In this document: one piece after another, positions 8,470-16,474 of the stretch
How positions within the stretch are numbered: the first letter of the stretch is position 1
Layout: each line of letters opens with the position of its first letter
Virus record (IMG/VR): IMGVR_UViG_3300038427_000053
DNA length: 22,014 bases
Direction: 5' to 3' (one strand)
From: a virus
The notes under the pieces: generated by a model
Databases searched by the model: none
The model's input: the letters and a program-made list of their open reading frames with translations, nothing else
Told to the model about the DNA's origin: nothing
Made by a program: the position numbers and the translations under genes

Positions 8470-8498
8470 TTGCTTTTAGACTTGACTTGTGCTAAACT
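8470..8498 (+). promoter_or_regulatory. Putative sigma70-type promoter for the glycosylation cassette
   Basis: TTGCTT (8470-8475), 17-bp spacer, TAAACT (8493-8498) with an extended -10 TGn. Lies in the largest intergenic gap of the tail region, 35 nt before ATG 8534. Confidence 0.6.
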
Positions 8499-8533
8499 GT
8501 TGGCATGAGTCAAATTCGGTTTTTGGAGAGTGT

Positions 8534-11062
8534 ATGCGCACGTGGGATTTGTTCGACACGCTCGCAGCGGGCAGGGTAATCGGTCCTCCGGCGGGAGAGC
8601 AAGAGCATCATTTCAAGCTAGCAGAGAACGTGGCACGGGTCGAAAAAGGTGATTTGGTTGTGTCTGACTATTACGATCCGAAGAAGGCCATGGGCGTCTT
8701 GAGAAAGGTTTGTGGCCTACAAAACGAGCTTCTCGTGACGGCTAGTGGGAAGCGTACCGGCGCAGTATGGCATAACTTGCAAGGCCAAGTCGAGGCGCAT
8801 GTCGGTGACGATGAAATATCCGATGTGCAAGTTCCCCGGCAGTTCGATATTCCAGCGGAGCGTACAAATCTATCCGCTCCTACGGACGTGGAAGGGTTTC
8901 TTTTTCGGTCGGGATTTCCTGGCTTGTCTACGTGCTGCCGAGAGGCACGTCTGACTTCGTATGACAAAGAGTTTCGTGGGTACGAACTCTTGCAAGCACA
9001 GGTCAATTTTCCGTTCCTGTTTCTCTGCGGCATTCTGCTTCATGCGAAATTGGACGGCGTAACGAGCGTTTTGATGTCGAGCCGTGATTGCTGCCTTTGG
9101 TTTTCCTTGATGCGAAAGGTGTGTAAGCTGCTTGGAGGCAAATACCACCTTCATTATTATCTGAGCAGCCGGCTGTCGCGCTTGAAGGCGTCCCCGGAGC
9201 ATCTAGCCTATACAAATTCTTTGCTTGGAGGACCTCTGCGGCCTTCTCCGGCAGTGGTAGATTTTGTATGGTACGGAGGAACGCTAGCGAAGTTACTCGC
9301 TAAGACATCCGCTCCGAACGTGCCGATCTTCGTTTTGGGAAAGTACACTTCGGCGAATACGCGCTCTGAGGCGCTGTTGCCCGAGACTAGAATGCTGTCG
9401 CACATCGAAGGTGCGAATCGGGCGCGTCATGCGATGGTTGCGGACACCGACGAGAAAGGCCATCCGACATACTACAACCCCTCAGGATTCCAGTGGGAGA
9501 AGTCAAAAGAGATTCAGGCCGGGCATGAGACTTTTCGGCTTGCCGAAGAAGCGATGTCTAATTATGATTTTTCTAAGGACATCGCACAGCCTCTTGAGCA
9601 TATACGGGCGACGGCTTTTACTTTGGCGGAACGTTTCGAGCAGTTCGGTACTGAGATTGACTATCTGGACCGGCGCTTGATGAACATCGAAGAGGGGGCT
9701 ATAAAGGCTGCGGTTAATGCGCTGGACCCGAAGTATTATGACACGCCGTGGTCTCCCATGTGGGGCGGGTCTGCTCCTGTGCCAGAACCTCCGCCTCTGC
9801 ATACTTTGCAGGTGAAGGATGGAGTGCGGGTTTCGATTTTCACGCCGACGCACAACCCGGTGTGGTTGCGCGAGGCTTACAACTCAATCAAGAACCAGCC
9901 GTTTTACGAATGGGTGATCGTGTACAACTCAGGTTCACCCCGGATTGGGTTTGACAAGGACCCGCGAGTTAAAGAGTTTGATCTTCTGGACAAAGGAAGG
10001 GGATTTACAGAGCCGTTCAAGATTGGGTTCCTGAAGAACGATGCGTGCTTACGCTGTACTGGCGACGTAATGCTGGAACTGGACCACGACGACATGTTGC
10101 TGCCCGGCGCTATCGAGGAAGTCCAGAGAGCCTTCGAGGACCCGGCGGTCGGGTTTGTCTATTCCAACGATGTGCTGTTTACGCCGACCTTTGAGCGCCC
10201 GACCCGATTTAATCCTGCGTGTGGATGGCAGTGGCGGGAGTACGATTACAACGGCCATTCTTTGGACGAGGTAGTTCAATGGGAACCACATCCGGCTAAT
10301 GTGGGCCGCATCTGGTTTGCGCCGGATCATCTACGATCATGGCGCAGTGATTTGTATAGGTCGATTGGCGGGCATGATAAGAATCGAGGCTGGCTTGACG
10401 ATTTGGACTTGATGTGCCGACTGTATCCATTAACTACTTTCAAACATATCGACAAGCCCCTGTACATGTACCGCATTCATGGCGGGAATACGTGGCTACG
10501 GCCTGAGATTAATAAGGCAATTCAGGAAGATGTATGGCCGACGTGGGATATGTATATTCAAGGAATGGCGGAGGTGTGGGCTAAAAGGAAAGGATTAAAG
10601 CTGCTAGAACTAGGTGGTAGGATGGCAGCAAAGCTTGGCTATATTACAGTTGATTTGAAAGATGCAGATGTGATTACAGACCTTAACAAACCATGGCCGT
10701 GGGAAGATTCAACGGTTGGTGTAGTAAGAGCTTATGATGTGTTTGAGCATCTTACTGATTCATTGCACACTTTCAAAGAATTGTATCGAGTGCTTTCACC
10801 GGGAGGTATGGCTTTCATTCAAGTTCCTTCAACAGATGGTAGAGGGGCGTGGGCCGATCCTACACATAAAACGTTCTACAACGTAAATTCTTTTTATTAC
10901 TTTATGGATCGTAATTTTGCAAAGTATATTGACACGCCTGTACGATTTTACATGCCCCGATTGTTTACGACTACGAAAGATGGGAGCGGGACTTGCTGGG
11001 TCAGGGCCGATGCAATTTCTTTGAAAAATGGATTTCGCCCCGGCGGAGAGATTACAATTTAG
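8534..11062 (+). CDS. Multidomain glycan-synthesis enzyme: HAD phosphatase, PRT-like domain, GT2 glycosyltransferase, SAM-dependent methyltransferase
   Basis: Start ATG 8534 after GGAG. HAD motifs WDLFDTL / VVSD / GKRTG / HVGDDEISD; then SSRD (9077) and VVDFVWYGGT (9254). GT-A fold VSIFTPTHN...ELDHDD (10082). Methyltransferase LLELGG...DLNKPWPWEDSTV...DVFEHL...ELYRVLSPGG...ADPTH. Confidence 0.85.
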   Translation: MRTWDLFDTLAAGRVIGPPAGEQEHHFKLAENVARVEKGDLVVSDYYDPKKAMGVLRKVCGLQNELLVTASGKRTGAVWHNLQGQVEAHVGDDEISDVQVPRQFDIPAERTNLSAPTDVEGFLFRSGFPGLSTCCREARLTSYDKEFRGYELLQAQVNFPFLFLCGILLHAKLDGVTSVLMSSRDCCLWFSLMRKVCKLLGGKYHLHYYLSSRLSRLKASPEHLAYTNSLLGGPLRPSPAVVDFVWYGGTLAKLLAKTSAPNVPIFVLGKYTSANTRSEALLPETRMLSHIEGANRARHAMVADTDEKGHPTYYNPSGFQWEKSKEIQAGHETFRLAEEAMSNYDFSKDIAQPLEHIRATAFTLAERFEQFGTEIDYLDRRLMNIEEGAIKAAVNALDPKYYDTPWSPMWGGSAPVPEPPPLHTLQVKDGVRVSIFTPTHNPVWLREAYNSIKNQPFYEWVIVYNSGSPRIGFDKDPRVKEFDLLDKGRGFTEPFKIGFLKNDACLRCTGDVMLELDHDDMLLPGAIEEVQRAFEDPAVGFVYSNDVLFTPTFERPTRFNPACGWQWREYDYNGHSLDEVVQWEPHPANVGRIWFAPDHLRSWRSDLYRSIGGHDKNRGWLDDLDLMCRLYPLTTFKHIDKPLYMYRIHGGNTWLRPEINKAIQEDVWPTWDMYIQGMAEVWAKRKGLKLLELGGRMAAKLGYITVDLKDADVITDLNKPWPWEDSTVGVVRAYDVFEHLTDSLHTFKELYRVLSPGGMAFIQVPSTDGRGAWADPTHKTFYNVNSFYYFMDRNFAKYIDTPVRFYMPRLFTTTKDGSGTCWVRADAISLKNGFRPGGEITI

Positions 11063-11072
11063 AGGCGTATAA

Positions 11073-11465
11073 ATGGCTTTCAAAAACATCGAAGAAAGAC
11101 GTGCATATCGTAGAAAGTGGTATAAATTACATCCAGAAAAGTGGAAAATTTATTATGAAAATAAGAAGAAAAAGGGCTTGAAAAAACTTAGAAAACAAGA
11201 AAGAAACCAATATTTACGGCGTGAATATGGTATAACAACAATTAAGTGGGGTATGCTTTTTGAAAAACAAGGTAGACGTTGTGCTAATCCGGGATGCCGT
11301 GCTAGCATTCCCGGCTATCGTAATTGGCATACCGATCACAAGCCCGGAAGCAACCCTCCTATTGTACGTGGTATTCTGTGCCACGGTTGTAATACCGCTC
11401 TTGGACTGGCCAAAGATAACCCTGTTGTATTACGTGGTCTAGCTGATTATTTGGAGACTCATTAG
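11073..11465 (+). CDS. Endonuclease VII-family HNH endonuclease (probably a free-standing homing endonuclease)
   Basis: YLRREYGIT...QGRRCANPGC...HTDH...VRGILCHGCNTALG...YL is the recombination endonuclease VII Zn/HNH signature. Lys-rich N-terminus; AT-rich. Confidence 0.9.
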   Translation: MAFKNIEERRAYRRKWYKLHPEKWKIYYENKKKKGLKKLRKQERNQYLRREYGITTIKWGMLFEKQGRRCANPGCRASIPGYRNWHTDHKPGSNPPIVRGILCHGCNTALGLAKDNPVVLRGLADYLETH

Positions 11466-11466
11466 A

Positions 11467-12591
11467 ATGCAAAAAGTCTGGCTAAACATGATTGTCAAAG
11501 ATGGTGCTTCTACGATTAAACGCTGTCTTGATTCTGTAAAGCCGATTCTTAAGGGCTATGCGATTGTTGACACGGGTTCTACAGACGGAACGCAAGACAT
11601 TATTCGGATGGAGTTGGCTGATTTACCCGGCAAATTGATTGAGATTCCGTTCCAAGATTTTTCTCAGGCTCGCAATGAAGCTCTGAAACTAGTTAAGGAA
11701 TTGTGCGAGAAAAACGATTACATTCTTTTACTCGATGCTGACGAAGAGCTTTGTTACCATGCAGAGCACAGCATTCCAGACTTGAAGGCTGATTGCTATG
11801 ACTCGCTTATTCGTCTTCGGAATTTGGAATATTGGCGGATGCTTATCGTGCGGGCAGGGTTGCCTTGGTGTTGGCGGGGTGCGTGCCATGAGTATTTAGA
11901 TTGCGCCGGATTATTTCGCAGAGAGAGACTAGATTGCTGGCGTCAAGCTTACGAGCATCCCGAGAGAAGCGGCAAGGAAGTTTCGCTTGCCCACGCCGCC
12001 TTGCTGGAAAAGAGCCTAAAGGAAAACCCCGGAGATTCGCGGTCGGTGTTCTACTACGCGCAGTGTTTGCGAGACGCGGGCAGCCTCATGCAGGCCGAGG
12101 CGCAGTATCAGCGGCGCGTACAGATGGGCGGGTTTCAGGAAGAAGTCTACGTCTCGCTGTTGGAGATTGGCCGCATCTGTGAACGCGGTGCCAAACAGCC
12201 GGGCGTAGTGATCGACGCTTACCTTCGTGCATACGCATTTCGACCGGGGCGTGCTGAGGCTTTGGGAAGTCTGTTGCAGTTTCTTCGTAAGCAGCGCCGG
12301 TATTACGAAGCGACGATGTTTGCTTCTGAGGCTCTGTCGTTGAGGCTGTCTCACGATGTTCTCTTCGTCGAAGGGGACTGGTTGAAGTGGAGGTTGTTAG
12401 ACGAGATCACGTTCTGTGCGTATTGGGCTAACCGGCTTGATCTGGCAAAGATGTGTTCCGAAAAATTGCTCTTGTGCGATGTTCCGTCTACGGAGAGGAC
12501 TCGCATTGACTGTAACCATAAAGTGATTTTGGATGCTTCGCTTGGCATTACAAATCCTCACGCAAAACAAATCTTCAAAGCATCTGCATAG
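11467..12591 (+). CDS. GT2 glycosyltransferase with C-terminal TPR repeats
   Basis: WLNMIVKD...RCLDSV...IVDTGSTDGT...FQDFSQARNEAL...YILLLDADE (DxD at 11734)...HEYL, then TPR-like RSVFYYAQCLRDAG...YLRAYAFRPGRAEAL...LFVE. Confidence 0.9.
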   Translation: MQKVWLNMIVKDGASTIKRCLDSVKPILKGYAIVDTGSTDGTQDIIRMELADLPGKLIEIPFQDFSQARNEALKLVKELCEKNDYILLLDADEELCYHAEHSIPDLKADCYDSLIRLRNLEYWRMLIVRAGLPWCWRGACHEYLDCAGLFRRERLDCWRQAYEHPERSGKEVSLAHAALLEKSLKENPGDSRSVFYYAQCLRDAGSLMQAEAQYQRRVQMGGFQEEVYVSLLEIGRICERGAKQPGVVIDAYLRAYAFRPGRAEALGSLLQFLRKQRRYYEATMFASEALSLRLSHDVLFVEGDWLKWRLLDEITFCAYWANRLDLAKMCSEKLLLCDVPSTERTRIDCNHKVILDASLGITNPHAKQIFKASA

Positions 12592-12612
12592 TTTGCGGTA
12601 GGAGACAACGGC

Positions 12613-12993
12613 ATGTACCGAAAACTGACGGCAGAGGACTATGCTTTGCTTAAAGCGGAAATCCTCAAGGACGAAGTGCATAGCAAGGATTCTGCGTTTT
12701 CTTTGGATATTTTTACAAATCCTGATACTCGAAGTATTGTATTTGAGGATTCCAAAGGTGTGGTGTTTTATGCCAATCTTTGTAAAGAGATGCGTATTAC
12801 CATTCAATTTTGTAATGGCGTTGAGAAAGAACGCATCCGAAGAATATTTGAACAGCACATTCCAGAATTTGCGACTGCTTTCAAAAAAGCAGGCTACATA
12901 GCATTTGTATATGAAACCAAAAGTAAAGTGCTTTCTTGGTTTCTACGTCGTTTTGGATTTAGATCAACGGAAATTCAGCGAAAAGAGTTGTAA
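12613..12993 (+). CDS. GNAT-fold virion assembly protein (P22 gp14 / T7 gp13 positional analogue)
   Basis: 126 aa with a GGAGA RBS. C-terminal ...SWFLRRFGF resembles the GNAT acetyl-CoA-binding end motif; sits just before the ejection genes. Confidence 0.5.
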   Translation: MYRKLTAEDYALLKAEILKDEVHSKDSAFSLDIFTNPDTRSIVFEDSKGVVFYANLCKEMRITIQFCNGVEKERIRRIFEQHIPEFATAFKKAGYIAFVYETKSKVLSWFLRRFGFRSTEIQRKEL

Positions 12994-13020
12994 TAAGTTA
13001 GGCTCGTGAGAGGCATAAAA

Positions 13021-13710
13021 ATGAAAATTCACATTAAGACTACATGGGACTGGCAAGGCAATGTTCTTGAAGACGTTTGGTATGAATGGAGTGGCCCTGT
13101 TGAAAGATGTTGTGGTGCCCCGTCTGGCCAAACTGCACTAGCCTCTGCTCAATCTAGCTACTATGGTACTTTGACCTCTCAGGCAGAACAAGAGTTTGGA
13201 CAGGCCAGTGCTCTTGCTGCTGAGTTTAAGAGCGAGTTCGAGCCTATCTTCGCTGCCGGGCCAAGTCAAAAAGGCTGGTCGCCAGAAGAAGCAACTGCTG
13301 TTAATACCAACACTCTTACTACTGAGGGACAAGCCACGGCGAATGCTTTGCAAGCCTCGAATTTGAAGACTAACGCGCTTGGTGGTGGAAATGAGTATGT
13401 ACCACAAGGTACGGTAAAAGAATTACAAACCGGAATAAACGTCTCTGGCGCAGAAGCTACTGCGACTGCACAACAAAATAACTTGATTCAGAATTACGAA
13501 CAAGGCTTCCAGAACTTCGAGATGGCGGCGCAAGGACTTGAAAGTATTCCATCGTTGTATTCAGGATCGACTGGCGCAGCAGGCGCAGCAACTCAAAGTG
13601 GCGCAGCAGCGGGGCAAACGTACAATGAAATTGCTCAAGAATCATTTGCGCCATGGGGTGCGGCGCTTGGTGCGGTTAGCTCTGTAGCCGCAGGCTCGAA
13701 GTATGTGTAA
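13021..13710 (+). CDS. Small ejection/pilot protein (P22 gp7-like position)
   Basis: Start moved to ATG 13021 (GAGAGG 7 nt upstream). Leader ending YEWSGPVERCCG, then an Ala/Gln/Ser/Thr-rich helical body and a hydrophobic Gly/Ala C-terminus (WGAALGAVSSVAAG). Confidence 0.6.
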   Translation: MKIHIKTTWDWQGNVLEDVWYEWSGPVERCCGAPSGQTALASAQSSYYGTLTSQAEQEFGQASALAAEFKSEFEPIFAAGPSQKGWSPEEATAVNTNTLTTEGQATANALQASNLKTNALGGGNEYVPQGTVKELQTGINVSGAEATATAQQNNLIQNYEQGFQNFEMAAQGLESIPSLYSGSTGAAGAATQSGAAAGQTYNEIAQESFAPWGAALGAVSSVAAGSKYV

Positions 13711-13736
13711 AATTCTTTGAAGGACGGTAAGAAAGT

Positions 13737-14081
13737 ATGACAGCGCAAACGCTAGAGCTAGTGGCCTTGGCCGTGGCCGAAATGAACGGTGCTTTCATTC
13801 CAAGGAGTGAGGCATTTTTGTATCGTAATCCGGGGAAGTTGCGCGAGGCGAATGGAAACCTTCGCATGTTCTCCACATGGGCTGGTGGTTTGAAGAGCCT
13901 GATTAGTGATCTCTCGCGTTGGCCTGAGTACACCCCTGTATTGACGGTGTTCGAGAAATACGGTTGTGACTCCATCGAGAAAGAGTTCGTTGTTCTGGAT
14001 TATCTTGGCCGGGCGGCTGATCGAGAGTTGAGCCAAGAGTCTACGTTGTCTGACGTAGAAGCGCCGAAGGAAGGAAACTAA
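13737..14081 (+). CDS. Small hypothetical protein, weak similarity to NNPGN-type lysozyme-like virion proteins
   Basis: 114 aa; LALAVAEMNG...YRNPGKLR...FSTWAGGLKSL...L echoes the E-G...NNPGNL...F-T...G-xAL pattern, with substitutions. Confidence 0.4.
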   Translation: MTAQTLELVALAVAEMNGAFIPRSEAFLYRNPGKLREANGNLRMFSTWAGGLKSLISDLSRWPEYTPVLTVFEKYGCDSIEKEFVVLDYLGRAADRELSQESTLSDVEAPKEGN

Positions 14082-14082
14082 A

Positions 14083-16464
14083 ATGTCATTGGAATCAATG
14101 CAAGACCCTATCATAAAAACTCCTACGCCGGTTACCACGGCTACGCCGCCTCCCGCGCCTGCTGAGCCAGCGCCGGGGCAAGGGCAAGACCCTGCGGCTT
14201 TGCTTGGAGGAAACACGGCTGGTCCAGTTGTGCCTGCAAATCTGGCTCCCAAAGCCACGCCGCAACCTTCTTTGGCAAAGCAACAGCAGATAAGGTCTGC
14301 GGCTGAGGCTGCGGCTGCTCCAAATGCTCAAACACAGGTGAAAAGTCACCTATCAGGAATCTTGCACGCGATTGGTGATGCACTTGGCGGACCTAAGACT
14401 GTAGAGACCGGCGGTGTGGCGTTTGACAAACAGGGCAACCCTGTCCCTGAGACTCGGACTCGTGGTACAGGCGAGCGTGTGATGGGAGTTATCGGGCGTG
14501 CTTTGACTGGCGCAGCAGCAGGAGCGGGAGCAGCGCAAGGTCCGGGTGGACTAGGAAAAGCTGCGGCGGCTGGCGCTCGTGTTGGAACGGAAATGAACGA
14601 GGCTGACCAAAAGCGGCGCATGGCGAATTTTGAAATGTTTCGTACTCATGCTGGTATGATCTCCGCATATCGGCATGAAGGAATGGAAGAGACCAGTGCT
14701 CTACAGTCAATTGCTGACCATGCGCTTCCTACACGGGATGCCATGTTGAACATGGGAACGATTAAGAGTGTCTTTGGTGAAGTTCCTGTAGATAGTGCTA
14801 CAATGCAGGAAGAGTTGAACAAAGGAATCAAAGCAGGTTATGGAGCAGCCAAGCAATTTGCTTCACCCGGCCCGCCTATCCCTGACCCAACTCGTCCGGG
14901 CAAGATGCAGCAAAGCTGGTTTATTCTGCGAGCAACGTCGCCTGACATGGATTTGGCTTCGCAAACCGTCACGGTCAATTCGGAAGACTTGCGCCAGCAA
15001 TTGAGCAAGCAGCTTGGTGTCGAAGTCAAGATGGGAGCCGAAGTCCCTGCCATCACTTTGTACAACTTGAATGGGCAGGCTCTTAACGCGATCTCTTCAA
15101 TGGAGACTGCGCAAAAGGAACTTAAAGACGCGGGCATCGAGAACAAGACTCCGTTTACGGTCAAGGATTTCTACAACCTAAAAGGCTCCGAATTGTTCGT
15201 CGCGCAGCGCGCTTTGAACCAGTGGTCCACGAAGTACAAGGGAAGCACCGGTGACGTGGTAACCGATCTGCAAAAGATGGATAAGGACAACCCGTGGGGA
15301 GCCACGTGGATTGCCAAGAATCTGTACCAAAGCAAGCAAAAAGAGTTGGCCGATTTCCGCGAAGAAAAGAAAGCAGCAGAGCGTTCCGAATTGGAAGAAA
15401 AGCAAAAATTGCAAGTGGGTGCTCTTACTGAAGACGGGGCTAACAACATCCTTGCAACGAATGCTGCGGAAATTAAAGCCGGTATAAAAACACACACCTT
15501 TACTACTCAGCGTGTGGATGCGGCTGAAGATTTCATCAAAAAGAAACATGATCCTTTAGTAAAAATCGAATCAGATGACAATGCGTTTACTGGGGATAAA
15601 GCCGCAGGAACTTTGGCGATGTTAGGTGAACTGCGCCAGACTGAGACTGACCCCGCTCGCCTTGTTCGTATCAACCACGGCATCGCTGCGGCTAAGGCCG
15701 GGCACTCGGCATGGATGAATGACAAGTACACTCAGGCGAAGTTTGAACAAGACATCAAAGTAGGAGACCCTAAATCAGCGGCAGAATTTCTTGCAAATCG
15801 TACTATGACTATTGCGGATTTTAAGAACCGGGGCATGACCACAGACTGGATTACTCAAGCATTACATGCTACTCAGCAATATTGCAAAGATCACGGACTT
15901 CCTCCGTATGACGCTGTGGCCGAAGACGTGGCAGAGCGTCAGTCGCAAGGCGTCCAAAACGTTCAATTCTTTACTAATGCTAATTCTCTTGTTAGCGAAC
16001 ATGGAACTTTAGCACAGTTGCGAACGGCATCAGAAGGACTAGCTGGTCAGACACAACTTCCCATGCTTAATAAGTGGGAAGACATTGTGCAAATGGCAAC
16101 GGGTGGTGGAGCGCCAGCGAAGGTTGCTGCGTTGGCCATCGGTGCGGCGGACGATCTTTCACAAGTCATGGGCGGTGGCGGAACGGATACGGCCCGCGCT
16201 CAGGTGTTGAAGGTAGTGGACGCAAAGTTGTCGCCGGAGCAACGTAAGCAAGCCTTTGACGGCATCATCAACATGGTTAATTCAAAACGTGTTGCACGGT
16301 TTGGACGCAATATGTATCTGCGTCGGTTATATGGTTTGAATGAACAAGAAACTGGCGGATTTGGTGAGATGGAAGGACAGCACCCAAGATTTCAACAAGG
16401 CGAACAACAAAACATTCTAGACAAAGTAAAACAAGCCGCTCCGGGGCTTGTAATCAGTCAGTAA
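14083..16464 (+). CDS. Medium ejection/internal virion protein
   Basis: 793 aa after an AAGGA RBS. Pro-rich N-terminus, glycine-zipper hydrophobic stretch (GVIGRALTGAAAGAGAAQGPGGLG) and a long helical body; synteny supports the call. Confidence 0.6.
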   Translation: MSLESMQDPIIKTPTPVTTATPPPAPAEPAPGQGQDPAALLGGNTAGPVVPANLAPKATPQPSLAKQQQIRSAAEAAAAPNAQTQVKSHLSGILHAIGDALGGPKTVETGGVAFDKQGNPVPETRTRGTGERVMGVIGRALTGAAAGAGAAQGPGGLGKAAAAGARVGTEMNEADQKRRMANFEMFRTHAGMISAYRHEGMEETSALQSIADHALPTRDAMLNMGTIKSVFGEVPVDSATMQEELNKGIKAGYGAAKQFASPGPPIPDPTRPGKMQQSWFILRATSPDMDLASQTVTVNSEDLRQQLSKQLGVEVKMGAEVPAITLYNLNGQALNAISSMETAQKELKDAGIENKTPFTVKDFYNLKGSELFVAQRALNQWSTKYKGSTGDVVTDLQKMDKDNPWGATWIAKNLYQSKQKELADFREEKKAAERSELEEKQKLQVGALTEDGANNILATNAAEIKAGIKTHTFTTQRVDAAEDFIKKKHDPLVKIESDDNAFTGDKAAGTLAMLGELRQTETDPARLVRINHGIAAAKAGHSAWMNDKYTQAKFEQDIKVGDPKSAAEFLANRTMTIADFKNRGMTTDWITQALHATQQYCKDHGLPPYDAVAEDVAERQSQGVQNVQFFTNANSLVSEHGTLAQLRTASEGLAGQTQLPMLNKWEDIVQMATGGGAPAKVAALAIGAADDLSQVMGGGGTDTARAQVLKVVDAKLSPEQRKQAFDGIINMVNSKRVARFGRNMYLRRLYGLNEQETGGFGEMEGQHPRFQQGEQQNILDKVKQAAPGLVISQ

Positions 16465-16474
16465 GTGAGGGACT

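Noticed and set aside
5315-11465. Group I introns housing the endonucleases
   Set aside because: The flanking genes have complete-looking ends and starts, and there is no non-coding space for ribozyme core elements.
8534-12591. O-antigen seroconversion (Gtr-type) or DNA hypermodification as the main role of the glycosyltransferases
   Set aside because: No membrane flippase or polytopic transferase is present, no modified-base synthesis genes are nearby, and the cassette sits among virion genes. Disfavoured rather than excluded.
168-13021. ORF-track start positions 168, 1938, 5718, 7396, 8489 and 13006
   Set aside because: These are the longest possible starts. Overlap/coupling patterns and RBS positions support an upstream (off-window) start, then 2016, 5772, 7537, 8534 and 13021.
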